Below, piece after piece: positions 11,197 to 24,130 of a DNA stretch of 64,000 bases; positions within the stretch are counted from its first letter, which is position 1; the number at the start of each line of letters is the position of its first letter. The position numbers and the translations under genes were made by a program. The notes under the pieces were generated by a model. That model had not been told where the DNA came from and searched no databases. It saw only the letters and a list, made by a program, of their open reading frames with translations. The stretch is from Haplodiscus bocki (taxonomy: Eukaryota). The stretch covers positions 69,316,001 to 69,380,000 of the forward strand of contig OZ296654.1 in NCBI GenBank assembly GCA_965655095.1. Direction: 5' to 3'.

Positions 11197-11270
11197 TTAA
11201 AGGTAATCTATTATATAAATGATATATTTATTATCACAATTGTATGTATACATAATTTTTTACATTTTAA

Positions 11271-12525
11271 ATGTTCAAACTAAGTGAAAAAAATGAGATA
11301 AATAGAAACATTTTCAAAGGTGGTTGTATACGATATAGTCCACGCGAAAATAGTACAATATATACTGCAAATTCTCAGATATATATTAATATACCCAGAG
11401 AAGATAGTGTTTTTTAGTTTGGTAAAAATTTATCTTGAATTGAATTTTGATGTATTACGCGCTGCTACTAATAACAGATACGCAGATGGTAATGATATAG
11501 GGTTAGTTAACCTAGGGCCAATAGCTTTAATTAGTATTTATAAATTAGCAACAAGTCAGGCAAACACATTGAAGAGGTAAACGACGCTCATATTGTGAGT
11601 TTATTGTATGAATTATTACTAGTGCTAGAGGCTGTGATGATTTGTCTATTGGCTTTTATCGTGATCGTAATAGAAGACAACTTGAGTTGACTAATAACAA
11701 AACTATCAAAGGAAAATATCACCTCCGGATTATGTTGAAGGATATATTTGGCTTTGCCGAACATCAAGAAAAAGGCACATTTGGAGTCGGTTACAAATTA
11801 ACATTGACAACAAATACTGACAACGCTGTTTTGAATAAAGGTGGCGCAATCAACAATGGTAAAATTAAAATTAATGCTTTAGAATGGTATGTACCTCATT
11901 ATACACCGAGCATTACACAACAAAATATACTAAAGAATCAGATTTTAAAAAAGATGGCTACAGAACTACAATATCCAGAAAGATCTGTATTCATGAAGGA
12001 ACTCAATACTCAAATTTTTTGGACATTTGCATTGGAGCACAAGAAGGTATTAACATTCCTATATGGATATTTACAGTTTTCCGACAAAGTGATAGAGAAC
12101 ACGATGGAAATTTAAACAACGATACTTTTTGTAGGTTACCTGTAACACCCGCTCAAGTAATTATCGGAACAGTAAAGTATCCCGACTCTGGTATTTTATT
12201 AAAGTATGATGGTGATGATTATAGTCATGGTTATGGTCAAATTAAAGAAGCTTTAAAAGCTCTTACAATTGATAACTTTCTTTTACCATATAAATCTGAA
12301 AATGATTTTAGATCGTCTAATGATGATAATGATATTGGTTCTAATGTACACAGTTTCGATATACGATATCAGAAAAATTTTGAAAGTGCTCAACCTGTGA
12401 AAGTAGTATTTAATTATTCAGAAAATATTCCTGCTGCAGTATATGTTTACGCTTTAGTTTTAACGAATAGATTAGTAAGCATAAGTTTAGACGGTCAACG
12501 AATGTTAGACCTATCTTTGGTTTGA
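11271..12525 (+). pseudogene. Double jelly-roll major capsid protein
   Basis: About 415 codons across frameshifts: YLELNFDV, LKDIFGFAE, LEWYVPHYTPS, IPIWIFTVF, IGTVKYP, VHSFDIRYQ, VYALVLTNR. Confidence 0.88.
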
Positions 12526-13357
12526 CTTTTTCATAACACTATTATTTTCTTTCATTGTTAACTCTGTCTTTTTCAACAAGGCTTCGATTTATCTTTCTGG
12601 TAAATTGTCGATTTTATAACATGGTAATGTATCATTATTTCTGTAGTCTTATACAATTTATAAGACCAATTAGGTGTATCTCCTTTTGAGAACGTTTTCT
12701 TTAAATCACCTGTTCTAACGAGACCGTTCACTTGAAACTTTAGTTTTATTCTTTTTTTCTTTTCTAATAAATTATTGTAAACATAACCTTCATTCTTTTT
12801 TAAACTAGCTGGAATCGGTTTCAACTTAGTCGATGAATGTACTCGATTATTATATTGTTTCGTTCTTGGGGTTAATACATCAACCCAATTACCGTAACCC
12901 TTTTCAAGAACTGGTCGTTTAAGAAGATTTCTTATGCTTCTATTAAAGCGTTCTGCAAAAACAGCTCCAACAGAAGTTTTTCTAGAATCGAGTTTAATGT
13001 TATTGTTATCTCAGAACTTTTGAAAAATATTATTTTAAAACTCCTTACCACGATCATTTTCGGTTAAATTTGTTTTTTTTTTGAACATATCAAAAATTTT
13101 TCGAAAGAGTCTTTTACTGTTATAGCATTTTTATATTTGAGAGGTACTGTCCAACCAAATTCATTGAAATTTTCTATGATAACTAAAACATATGTATAAC
13201 CTCTATTGTTTTCAGGACCGTAACCTCTTAGGTCTAAAATATCTAAACACCAAATCTTATCGGTATAGTAAACATCGGTTTCATTTGTGGGATATTGCTT
13301 TTCCGGTGGTATCGAATAGATTTCGTTTATAAAAATTTTAAGTGATTTCTGAGTCCT
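12518..13357 (-). pseudogene. RVE (retroviral-like) c-integrase
   Basis: WCLDILD...YVLVIIENFNEFGWTVPLK...NDRGKEF...AVFAERFNRSIR...YNNRVHSSTKLKP...FQVNGLVR...FSKGDTPNWS. The D,D,E triad is recognisable. Confidence 0.92.
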
Positions 13358-13989
13358 TTACTTCTGAGTATATACAATATTTTTTTTAATTCTCCAGTCT
13401 CAAGAAATATATTTGCACCACTAACAGAATTTTCCAGTCCTTCGTCGTTAAAATCATAATCAAAAAGATTATCGGGTACTGAACCCTGAGCATTACTAAT
13501 AATATTAACCCAAAATTTATTTCTGTTCTCGAGAGTATCAATTTCATCATGTTTACATTGATCTTGAAGACTGAAATTCTTATTATTTAAATCTTGTTTA
13601 AATTGAGCTATCATATCATTTCGATATCCACATCCCGATTGCTCGTCTTCATCTGCATCAGCAAACCACGGGCACATAGATATTTTTATTAGTACACATC
13701 CTAAAATATAAATATAAAAAATCATACACTTCTATACATTCATCGGTTACGAATATCATCTCCCAAAAAGCTTTATCGAGTTTCATACCCTCATCTCGGG
13801 TTAGTTTTTTTGTGGAAAACATGCTGGCCAATATCCGTTCACTCCTCTATGCAAAGGCCCAATAAAGATGTTTATTCCATTCTTCTTTAGTATTGAATCT
13901 ATCACAAATTTGACAATATATATCGCTAAAGACTTCCATTTAGTTATTAATACAAATCTATTCATTTTTTTGGTTTTTTTCTCATACAT
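13327..13989 (-). pseudogene. Zinc-finger-containing Polinton protein (frameshifted)
   Basis: An alternative frame gives YCQICDRFNTKEEWNKHLY, joined by frameshift to ORF 13327-13725. Confidence 0.5.
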
Positions 13990-13994
13990 ACATA

Positions 13995-14288
13995 TTAATC
14001 AAAACACAACACATTCAATTTTTCAGTTATTGTATTAATTTTAGTATATAGATCCTGCATGAGTTCAGCATGTGTGTTAATTGATTTTCTACTTTGTTCA
14101 AGTTTTTCTTTATTGTTTTCCCCATATAGTCTAGATTTTTCTAATATTTTTTCGCTTTTTCTGATAGTGTTTACACACCGTATACTAGCTCATTTTTTAC
14201 ACGCAGCATATAATCTATGATACTCATCGTACTCTCTTTGAAAACCGCAAACACGGCATAGTTTAATTATTTGGCTTTCTTTACTCAT
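13995..14288 (-). pseudogene. Small CxxC/basic/coiled-coil protein
   Basis: MSKESQIIKLCRVCGFQREYDEYHRLYAACKK...; TAAATG start. Confidence 0.4.
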
Positions 14289-14387
14289 TTATTTAAGCAT
14301 AAATTTATCGAATTCTTTCTTATATATTCATTTAAATAGTGTTTTTTAACACAAAATAATTTAATTCAACGAAATTGTATATCATAA

Positions 14388-17300
14388 ATGAGTTTATATA
14401 AACACAAAAAAGTAAAGAAACAATATATTGAATCAAACAAAGTAATTGAATATAAAATAAAGACTGTAAACTATAAAATAAAAAACACCGAAAAACAAAT
14501 CCTAACTAACAAAGTTTGCTAGAAGGAAAAAAATAAAAAACAGAAAACAGAATTGTTATGGATCAAAAAAAACCGTTCTTAATAACAATCTCGATGTTTT
14601 AAACGACTCTAAAACCGAGTTAGTCACCAGACTCGATAAGAACAACAAAGAATTAAACAACATTGACAAAAAAATTCGAGATTCTAGACGTTTCGGTAAA
14701 TAAAGTTTTTTGATTTTCATGTTATTCCGCAAGATAACAATGTTGAGTCTGATTTAAACAAATCTCTAGATCTAGCTGAAAACAATGTGTCTTTTTTTGA
14801 AAACGATTCTATTTTCGATGTTGCCAACAATGTTGTTAGAGATAAACACCCCCTCATATTATAAAGCACACTAAATAAACGACAGCGACTCCACTTCTGT
14901 TAACACTTTCTTTAAAGATGTAAACGCTCTAAACAACCGGATTGAGAAAATAAATGATAACTTTGATGAAACATTAAACATCACTTTTACAGGAGAATTG
15001 ATTAAATACACTATAACTTTCAACAAAACACAACGAAATGATTACGGAACCGGCTGCGATAGCTTTCAAAAGATCATCGAAGATCGAGGAGACCTGTGTT
15101 ACATACCTGAGGAAAACGAGTGTTTAAGAAATTGTTTGGAATATATATCCAAAAAAGACTTGTCTGAAGAATATCGTGATTTTATCAAAGAATCTCAAAG
15201 AAATAAAGACAAATACGTCAGCTAAAATACAACCCTTCTGTAAAAAATACAACATTAATCTAGGTGCTTATAATAAAGATCAACGGTCAATTCTATTTAA
15301 ATCGGTCAAAGAACGAAAAATATGTCTATATTTTCAGAAAAACCATTTTTGCCTGATTTGGAAAACGATAAATACAAGTCTCACAGATGCAGTCAAAGAA
15401 ATAGAAAACAATTTTGAATACAAACCCAACCACATTACTGATAACATTTTAAAACAAATTGTTGAAAATATATTCCCTATATATAATGAAAAAGATTGTT
15501 TGTTTGCGGTATTTTTTTGATCTTGAAATTGTTAATGTGCAGTATCAAGAATTTTGTGAAGCGTATGCGGCTGGTTGTTATCACCTAGATCATTTAAAAG
15601 AATATTATAACGGTGATTTGACAGAAAAAAAACAAGATGTCGAGAAACAGTATGTTCATTTATTCGGTCGCGCTAACAACAATCCCCTTTTAGATATGAT
15701 TGAATATATTATCACAAATCATAGAGGTAAACCACAATATTTGAAAGATAAAAACGGTGAGTTCAAAATATCACCTTATAGATGTCAACAATTCGGTCAC
15801 AAATCTAGTGGTTTTGAGAACGCTATTGTTCTGAATTCACTACCGAAGAAATATACAAACAAAAACATGAAAATCATGAAAACATCTCGAAGATTCTTAA
15901 AATTAAGCTTTAGAGTTGGTACTGTTTACGAAGATGGTTAAGAAATACCACAATACATGAAATTTGTCTGTTCAAAAGTACATATCCCAGGATCTTTACA
16001 GAAAATACAAAAAGAATACAACCTTCAACCACAACTAATTTATGGTGAAATCGATCAGAATCTAATAAATTTATCGAATTAGAAAGAACATGAAAAGTTA
16101 TAGAAACCATATCTCATAGACGATGTTTCAGGACTAGCAGCAGTTGTAGCAAAACACGGTAACAAAATTCAAAAAATAACAGGTGTTTCGTTTAAAAATT
16201 CGTTAACAGAATCTTCTCTAGCAAGGTCTACTTTAGGAAAATACATGAAACAATCGGGAGAATCGGTCTACATACCATACATGTTCCAGATTTCATTCAA
16301 GTAACCGTACACGGCGGTAAAGTTGTTGCCTTGAATCGTAAATTTTTATCAATCTCGTTCATTCAAATAGTTAACATTCTGAGAAGATACCTAGGTAAGG
16401 AACATGAAATATCAACTTTATCTGAAATATACTTCCATAAATCAGATAAATTTAAAAACACTACCCAAAAAAAATATGAAAACAAATTCGATGATTATGG
16501 GAAAATAAACAAACAATTCTGAAGACTATATCATGAATAAACTATCAAACCTACCAATTTCCAAAAAATTAAACAAAATCGATAAATCAGATCTTCTCGT
16601 GTCAAGCGATTATAAAAGTTTATATTATCTGCAATGGCTCACGATGACTCAACTTGGCCGGCGATAGAGACAGCAAAAGCAATAAATCCGGAAGATAGTG
16701 AAGTATATTGTGAATTGTTCAATAATGACCAGTAGGAAACCTTAAACAAAACAGGATTCATTAAAGTTAAATATTACAACCCTGAGAACTTGATTCCTCA
16801 ACATATCGCTGTTAAAAAAGATGTATACAACGAAACCAGACATAAATGTGAATGCGTTAACCGATTTAGAAATGGAGACATAACTCAACATCTAACCAGT
16901 GTCAATATCGAACAAGTTGTAAGAACCGGCGGTATTATTAAACATTTCTACGAGGGTTTTATCTGCGATAATCTCAATTTCAACCCTTTCAAAGAATTTT
17001 TTTAGATATGACAGCGAAATAAAAGAATACAAAAAACAGGGTAAAAACATCGTACAAGATTTGTGTAAAAAAACATCAAATGGAACATATGGTGGTTGTA
17101 TTAGATGTGATGTTCACGATGTTTTGAAATGTATATCAGAAAATTGGATGAAAACAAATTATGATGACAGAGTTAAAGAATATATAGCCTTTAAAACCGA
17201 AAGTTTTTTAGTAAACATAAAAGATCATGATGGTGTGGACGATAATGGTGTGAGTAAAAAGGTAAATTCCCAGCCATATCAATTTGGATCTCTCATTTTA

Positions 17301-17984
17301 TCACTTTCGAAAAGGTTAAAGAATGAAGTTATATTGGCGTTAGACGGTTTCAAAAACGATAATTTTACTACGGAGACACGGATAGTTAATATATACACAA
17401 AAACGACAATGATATTCTCAAAATTAAGGGATTAGTTGGTAAAAAACTTATTCAATCAAAAAACGATTATGGCAACGGCGCCGGATTTTTTTATGGTTTG
17501 TTTTCAGCCCCCAAAGTCAAATATTGTATTGCTATCGCTGAAAATGGTGTATTAGCTCAAAAAACAACTTTGAAGGATTTAGCCAAAAATTAATAACGTA
17601 ACTTTTGGAGACTTTCTTGATCTGGAACAAGGTGAAACACTTGAAAATGTATAAAAACTGAAATGGAAACGTGAACTTGCAGGTATTAAGAGACCACGGC
17701 GTAAAGTTGGTTGTGAAAATTGTGATGAAAGTAAAAACTGTGTTGATTGTGTAATAAAACCAGAAAAGAATTGTTTGACTTGTGAAATAAGCAAAAATTG
17801 TCAAAATTGTTTAGTTAAAATAACTCGTGTAGCGGAAAATTCAGTAGAAATCATTAAATTAAAACGACAACGTGAAAACGAATTTGGTTATATGTTCCCA
17901 TATTATGAAACAAAAGACAATGTTATTATAGAAAATCCCGTTCAAAAAGAAATCAAAAGTGTAGTAATTGTGAAACAGAAATAA
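14388..17984 (+). pseudogene. polB: Protein-primed family B DNA polymerase with putative terminal-protein/vOTU N-terminus and Cys-rich C-terminus
   Basis: ExoI FFDLE (~15515), ExoII GHKSSGFE, ExoIII YLIDDV (~16110), HGG, motif A SDYKSLY (~16605), motif B KKTSNGTYGG (~17070), motif C YYGDTDS (~17365), APKVKY. Many frameshifts; exact start uncertain. Confidence 0.93.
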
Positions 17985-18539
17985 ACCCTCATAACTATAT
18001 TAAAAACAAAACTATTTGTAGAGCTTGTCTTAAAAAGAATATGAGAAACCGACGTAAAAAGTATTTGTTGAAGTATAATTACACCTATTCAGATACGGAT
18101 GCTAATATAATTATCCTAATACTTGTACCAATGCTTTTTGTATAAATATACTTTTATGACAACACCCCCACTGTCTTGAATTACCTAATCTTTTATGATT
18201 TTTTTGTAGGATAATTCATAAATAAATTTCTAACAAATATTTTTATTCGGCCGGAATGAGTTATTTCATAATATTTACCTTCAACTAACAAACCGGAACA
18301 ATATCAACATCTTAATTTTATCTTTGCATCATCTCTACAAATTGGACACACACCCATTTATGATGATAAAAATAAATTTTTCCTATAACTGTACAAATGT
18401 TCAATTTAGTTTATGCTAGTTTTTATTTGAAGTCAATCGGATACGTATTCATGGAGAAATCCTTAAAAAACTATGTGCTAGTCATCATGTTAGTACACAT
18501 ATTTCAAAGAAATCGTGTTTTTGTTTAGGACAAAAAAGT

Positions 18540-18937
18540 ATCCACTGACCAACTTTCGTGTCTAGCTTTTCAACTGTCTAGCGAGTGAGCATTCCTGGTG
18601 GATATCCCCATTGATCAATTCTACTCTTTCAAGCTTCAAGACATGGACAGTTCCTCCATATAGCTTTGTGCGTGATGTGACATAGACAGTTGCACGTTGG
18701 CTAGGCGTGAACCGCAAACACGACGACTATACAATTAAGCACAGCCTTATCTTTAGTGAATGTTACAAATACCACTAGGCTATACGGAGACAGAATAGAA
18801 AGAGAGATAGAGACAGACTAGATAGATTAGAAAGACAGAAATAGAAATAGAATAAAAATACATAATCTGTTATGTCGACATAATTTTTTCTGTCTCGTGT
18901 ATCATGTCGACATAATTGGTAATGGTGAATTTTTACT
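18540..18937. repeat. Putative right terminal repeat region of the Polinton
   Basis: Non-coding, with a purine-rich AGA(C/T)AG tract and two GTCGAC-centred palindromes (18870-18883, 18904-18913); ends ...TTTTACT. No partner TIR in the window. Confidence 0.5.
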
Positions 18938-19661
18938 TTTTTGGTTGCCTGTCTTGCGCGTTACTGACCGCGTTACCGTGGTTGCGTTTTATCAGCACAC
19001 GTGTTTATTATTAACGAAGGAAAGAGAACGATTCACTTAGCCATTAAGCGACCTAACAATCCATTAGCTGTTTAATTGGCGTGGAGAACATTTCATCACA
19101 TTCAAGGTTGCTCATTCATTTTCTCCTATTTTGTTTTTTTGTTTCCACATTTTCAGCAAATCGACTACCCCAAAACCCAAAAGCGACGCCTGTATCAATG
19201 GACAAGAACACGAACGAAGAAATGCCAAATGATCTTTTTTTTGTTGATTTTTGAACACTCTATGAAACCTGAATCATCAAAAGGACTTTTATCGATGTGG
19301 AAAAGCCATCAAAAAGAACCGAGAATAACAATAATTGAGACTGATTAGCTGTCCGAGGTGGCTAACTGAGAATACGATTAGCCGTTCACTATCGTATACC
19401 GAACACGGATACGAATTGCATTCGTCAACCGAACAAGGATGACGTTACCGACTGACACCGAGTGAAACTCCATTCTACGGAAGCATGATTCTAAGAACTT
19501 TTTTAATACATAACGAATTTGTAAATTAACCGGTGTCTAGAACTTATAACTTTTTATGTACTGTTCAGTATCATTATTAGAACTAATTGCAACAAAGTTG
19601 GTTGTCACTCAATAAAAGATAGTATCAAAAATCTAACCGTTTCGTATAATTCGTTGCGACT
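18938..19661 (+). mobile_element. Possible LTR fragment
   Basis: AATAAA near 19611 followed about 45 bp later by ...TTGCGAC, similar to the TGCGACA termini of other LTRs in this window. Confidence 0.3.
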
Positions 19662-22569
19662 TTCAAGTTTTTGAACTGAAACAATTTCCAAAAAGAAACT
19701 AAATTTTTGCTTCTTTCTGAATGTTTTCAAAGTGCCTTCATAAAATGTTTCACTGACTATACAAATGTATAAATGTTAAGCAAGTAAAGCAAAACATTAT
19801 TTAGAAAAAAATTATGCTGCAGTTGACCATAGAAATGTCAGAGGGACAGGTTTAGTTTTATATAATCTGCATTGAATCGTAACTAATTTGGCTGTAAATT
19901 TGATATGAAGACTGGAGCCTCGTGGGCAGTTGAGCCCTGCTTGAGCTTTGGTAGGACCAGCAGCGCGGCAGAGGTAGAACACAAACTGTAACATTTGAAA
20001 ATGATTTGAGATCATCAAATCTATCAAACATCAGTCGCCTTCATTCTAGAGATACCTCGTTGTGCATTGTTTGCAAATTGCTGTTAACCACAACCAAATG
20101 CAATTTCGCTAACCGCAATAACGATAACATCAACAATAACAGGGCTTCCAATTTTACAGAGCCATCAATTAGAAAAAATGGTGGCCCTGTTAAAAATTGG
20201 AAGCCTTAAACTTTTTTCAATGGGAAATTTTGTTAGCAGTCGTGAGCTGGCCTAAATGACTCAAATTTGTTGAAAATTTGATCGCTGAAAAAAAAATGAG
20301 TAAATGGTAGAAAAACGTGACTTCTGCAACATTTGAGCTGTAGCAATGGAGCTTTTCACTGGATTTCTACAAGGTTCAAAATCATGAATGAAATGAAAAA
20401 AAGATGAGATTATTACTACTTGTAAAAAAGGCAACGGTCACGTGAGTCGTTTTAAAAGCGAGTTCTGCGCTGATTGATGTTAACAAAGTAATCAATATTT
20501 CGTCCATTTTTTAAATTGAGAAACATGGTTTTTGAAAACCCGAATATCGTGTCACTTGTTAATCTTGAATATTTTGAATGACGCATTCCCTAAGGGGCAT
20601 TGAGGGTGAGTCATTTTTATATGGGGAGGGACGATTTTTGAATGAAAATGTCTAAAAGGCAGTTTGCTGACCATAGTGTATCGTCGAATTAGACTAAAGT
20701 GGGTGAAGACCTGGATACCAGGCCAGAACTGGAGTTAAAGCCTGGAAATTATCGTTATTTTGTTTGAGGGACACAATAGCTGATTCAACATCAAGAGTAT
20801 TGCAGAGAAACTTTGCAAGTGTGATCATAGAAAGAAACAAGATCACCCTAGAAATGCGAATCGAAGTGACTTTTAGACACTACCCGAGTTCGAATCGAAA
20901 ATCAGGTACAAATTTAACAAGCAAAAAAAAGTAGCTGCGGGAACGAACCTGGAGTTAGAGATAGAGTGATCGCCAATTCAGAGTACGCTATCGCAGTCAC
21001 AATTTTCAAGTCAACTCAACCTTGGCTGGTTCCTGCAGAACCCACGCCCACCTAAAGTTATGAGCGATTTAGTAGACTCCCCAGTTGCTCCTTGATGACG
21101 GCAGTCTTCTGGAAGCTATCTGAAGAACGTAAGGAGAGCTTCGCGGTTGATAGATTGCTTCGCCAGAAAGAAGTCCCGCAGATTTAATGATTGTGCTTAG
21201 CTTTCACATCTGGTTCCAGCTAAGTAGTTTTTAATTCTGGATGGTTGTTTCCCCACCAATTTGATTCATTTTCGTGGAACCAGTTTCCTCAAATGCATTT
21301 GGTGAGCGTGTTTTGTAGCTTAAGTATTTGAGAAAGGCTGTGTTGTGCTTTGTTCATTTTCTTTCCAATTGGGGAAAAGGCAGATCCTAATTTTGCTGCC
21401 CTGGATAGATGTTTTTCCTTGCGACCTGCTTACAGTTAAACATGATAGCGTTGTACCGTTGACCCTCGAATGCTATTTGAAGATATAACTCCTGACTCTA
21501 CTTAACGAAATCATTAAAATATCTGTCAGCGCGGATACGCACTGCTAACTTATGGAACAATTTTATTTTGCGATGCATAGAGCACAGCTTGTCTCAAGTG
21601 AAAACGGAAAGAAAAAACGCATCTTTGTTGAAAATGCTGGCTTCTTGTGGTTGTACTTTCTTTTTTCAAACTTGTATGACGTAGCGCTAGACTCTTCAGC
21701 CATCTGAGAAATGAATTTATTTGGAAGGAGAATTGACTGTAACATCCAACTCCAAACTAACACCACAAATCTAATTGGTACTTCATAGTTGTGTCGTTAG
21801 TAGATGGAAAAAGTTAGAAAGCATTTTCCTGGAAGTGTGATTGCAAGACAGTCTTTGGTTTGGTACTCGGGTTCATCTTTTCCACATCCTTGTTGAGAGG
21901 CAAGGTTTCAACTACAGTTTTCCTTTCAACAGTTTCTGCTTTTTTGGTTGTAAGGTGTAAACAGATCAAAAAGGTGATGAGACAACTTTCGGAAATGTAG
22001 ATTATATTAAAAGTTGGTTGGTCAGCATAGACTTTTGTAAATAAATTTCCGCACAGTTGTTTCATCGCTTGATTGAGAAAATGCTCCAAGCAGTTGAAAG
22101 CAAACCCCTGCATGCAAAGTTTTACAGAACTTCAAAACATTCAAAATTAGCCAACAAAACTTGAGTTTTATGGCTGGCTCACATTTTCAGAAAAACTATC
22201 ATCTATCAGTTCATGGTAAAGATTAATAGTTCTTCCAAAATGAGCATGCTTTTATCTTTTATCCTGTAATCTGTAAGCATTAGCCACGAATTGGCCTGGG
22301 TGTAATATAAAAGAAAACGTAATTTAAAGAAGTTTGCATGGTTAAAGCGGGCCAAATCAAAGTGTACCCACCACCAGCTGGCTCTCACCCGAGCTTGAGC
22401 TCAAATTAAACTTGAATTCATCCACTTGTTTTGAAAAAAAAAAGAAAAAAAACATTATGAGTAAAACAACTCAGGATCATGACGGTCATTGCCTGAGACA
22501 TCATGGATGTTTCTTGTTTATTTTACAAACAAAAATTTGACATGTTATTACGAATTATTAACTGTAACA

Positions 22570-24130
22570 ATCACCCCATGGATCAACCGAGTCAAATCCT
22601 CTAGCTGCCTCGTTAAGGGGCTGATGTATTTCTTGATCGGTTCATCGACTTCTTCTTGAATCAGGATGCGTGTTTCAGATTCGGAGTCTGCATTGCTTCT
22701 GCGAGCAGTCAGGAGAGCATTAGTTTGTGAGCTCTCGTTTTGGATACTTCCAGTGTTTGCGATCGTTTCGTATTTCTTACTGCTTCTAAAGTCTTGAAAT
22801 GAGTGAAAGACTGACATACAACTAATGAAGACTCGAATTTATTTCCGATGAATTCAGATGAAGTTTCTATGTGGTTTACAATGCGTTGAAAATAAATAGC
22901 ACTATTTACAAACGGTGTATTCAGTAGATGCAGGGTCAATGAAGTTGTATGTGTGCATCTTAAATTGTTCTGTGTGCTGTCTGGTAGGTTCTTTAACTGA
23001 TTGAGCTAAATTTGCATAGGCTCTTGGTAGATTTGCATGGTTACCTGACCAAGGGTGAGACGCAAATATTACCATCGGCGAATTGTCATTGGCTCACCAG
23101 TTGCCGTGCTAGAAAACTAAGTAATGTGTGAACGCGAATCCACCGCAAACTGTGGTCTTTGTGAATTGGCAACATTTCAATTATGCAATTTCAGCGTAAT
23201 AAACATGCAAAAACCTAATATGGTAGAATATATATAAATTACAAAGCATGGTCTAAGTTATATTTGCATGATGAGAAATTTCGACGAATACAAGCTGCTT
23301 TGTTTCTTCCAAAAATAATTAACGGTGGTCGCGGCGTTGTCTTATACCAATTTCATGCAGTTTTTTTCTATCGGAATTCATTACTTGGTTTGGTTACAGT
23401 TTTCGTATGGGCTGTCAGTGTTATTCTGTTGTTAGTTTGCGTCTTTTTTTAAAGTTATATATATTCTTATTTAGTTTGAAAAGAATCCAATCATTTGTTT
23501 ATTCTACAGATTGTCGATATGCCGTACTGCGGTTTGAATCAAAATCCGTAAACTTTTTGGTGAAAAACGACGAACTGTAAGGTCATCACTTAAGGCTGGG
23601 TTTTCAGTTTGCATCGCTAGGATGAAAACTATTGAAGTTTAAAATCTGTTTTAAAGGTCAATCAGAGTGACTTTTGCCCTTCCGATGGAAACGAAGATGT
23701 CAGTAAAAATAATTGCTTCGTACATATGTAACATACCATAAAATTAGGGTTATGTAGACATCGCAACCTTACCCTATGAAGGCATGACAGTCTACATGAC
23801 AAAAACAAGAAAGTTATTTTGTGTTGGCAGAATTCTGCCGTTGACATGAATTGCGAATCACCGTTGCCAAAAAATAGGAAAATCATCAAAACACAGTTAT
23901 AGTTACCCTGTGGCCATTATCAATTTCATCATTTTCCGTGGTGAAAAAAGGCAAGTACTCAATTCAGTAGTCTGAAGTTTTTTCCTAATTTGACGCCCAG
24001 AATCGTCTACAGAGTCCTTGATGTCTTGCATAGGACATGTTTCAGGTGTCACCATGGTTGGGAATTCAGAGGCAGCGGATCTCAATCGGACTGTCGACAA
24101 TCAGCTTCACAACGTCTCAGATACAAATTA
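22570..24130 (-). mobile_element. Remnant of a dispersed repeat, paralogous to 40500-42900 (internally deleted copy)
   Basis: Shared peptides QEEVDEPIKKYISPLTRQLEDLTRLI and CRLSCLHRVRLRCLHNPNFMVCYIC, plus shared non-coding blocks (GTGTGAACGC(G/A)AATCCAC). Confidence 0.6.

Larger units (their letters stand above)
2870..18937. mobile_element. Polinton/Maverick (adintovirus-like endogenous DNA virus), decayed; left terminus not in window
   Basis: pPolB, RVE integrase, A32/FtsK-like ATPase, adenain protease, major and minor capsid genes occur together in ~16 kb. The right end terminates in ...TTTTACT, consistent with 5'-AG...CT-3' Polinton ends. Confidence 0.95.

Noticed and set aside
19812-19990. 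Possible terminal exon of a host gene on the minus strand (TTACAG acceptor, GC-richer)
   Set aside because: No recognisable protein in any frame and no partner exons identified.
20900-22140. Coding-like minus-strand stretch
   Set aside because: Multiple stops in all frames and no family motif I can name.
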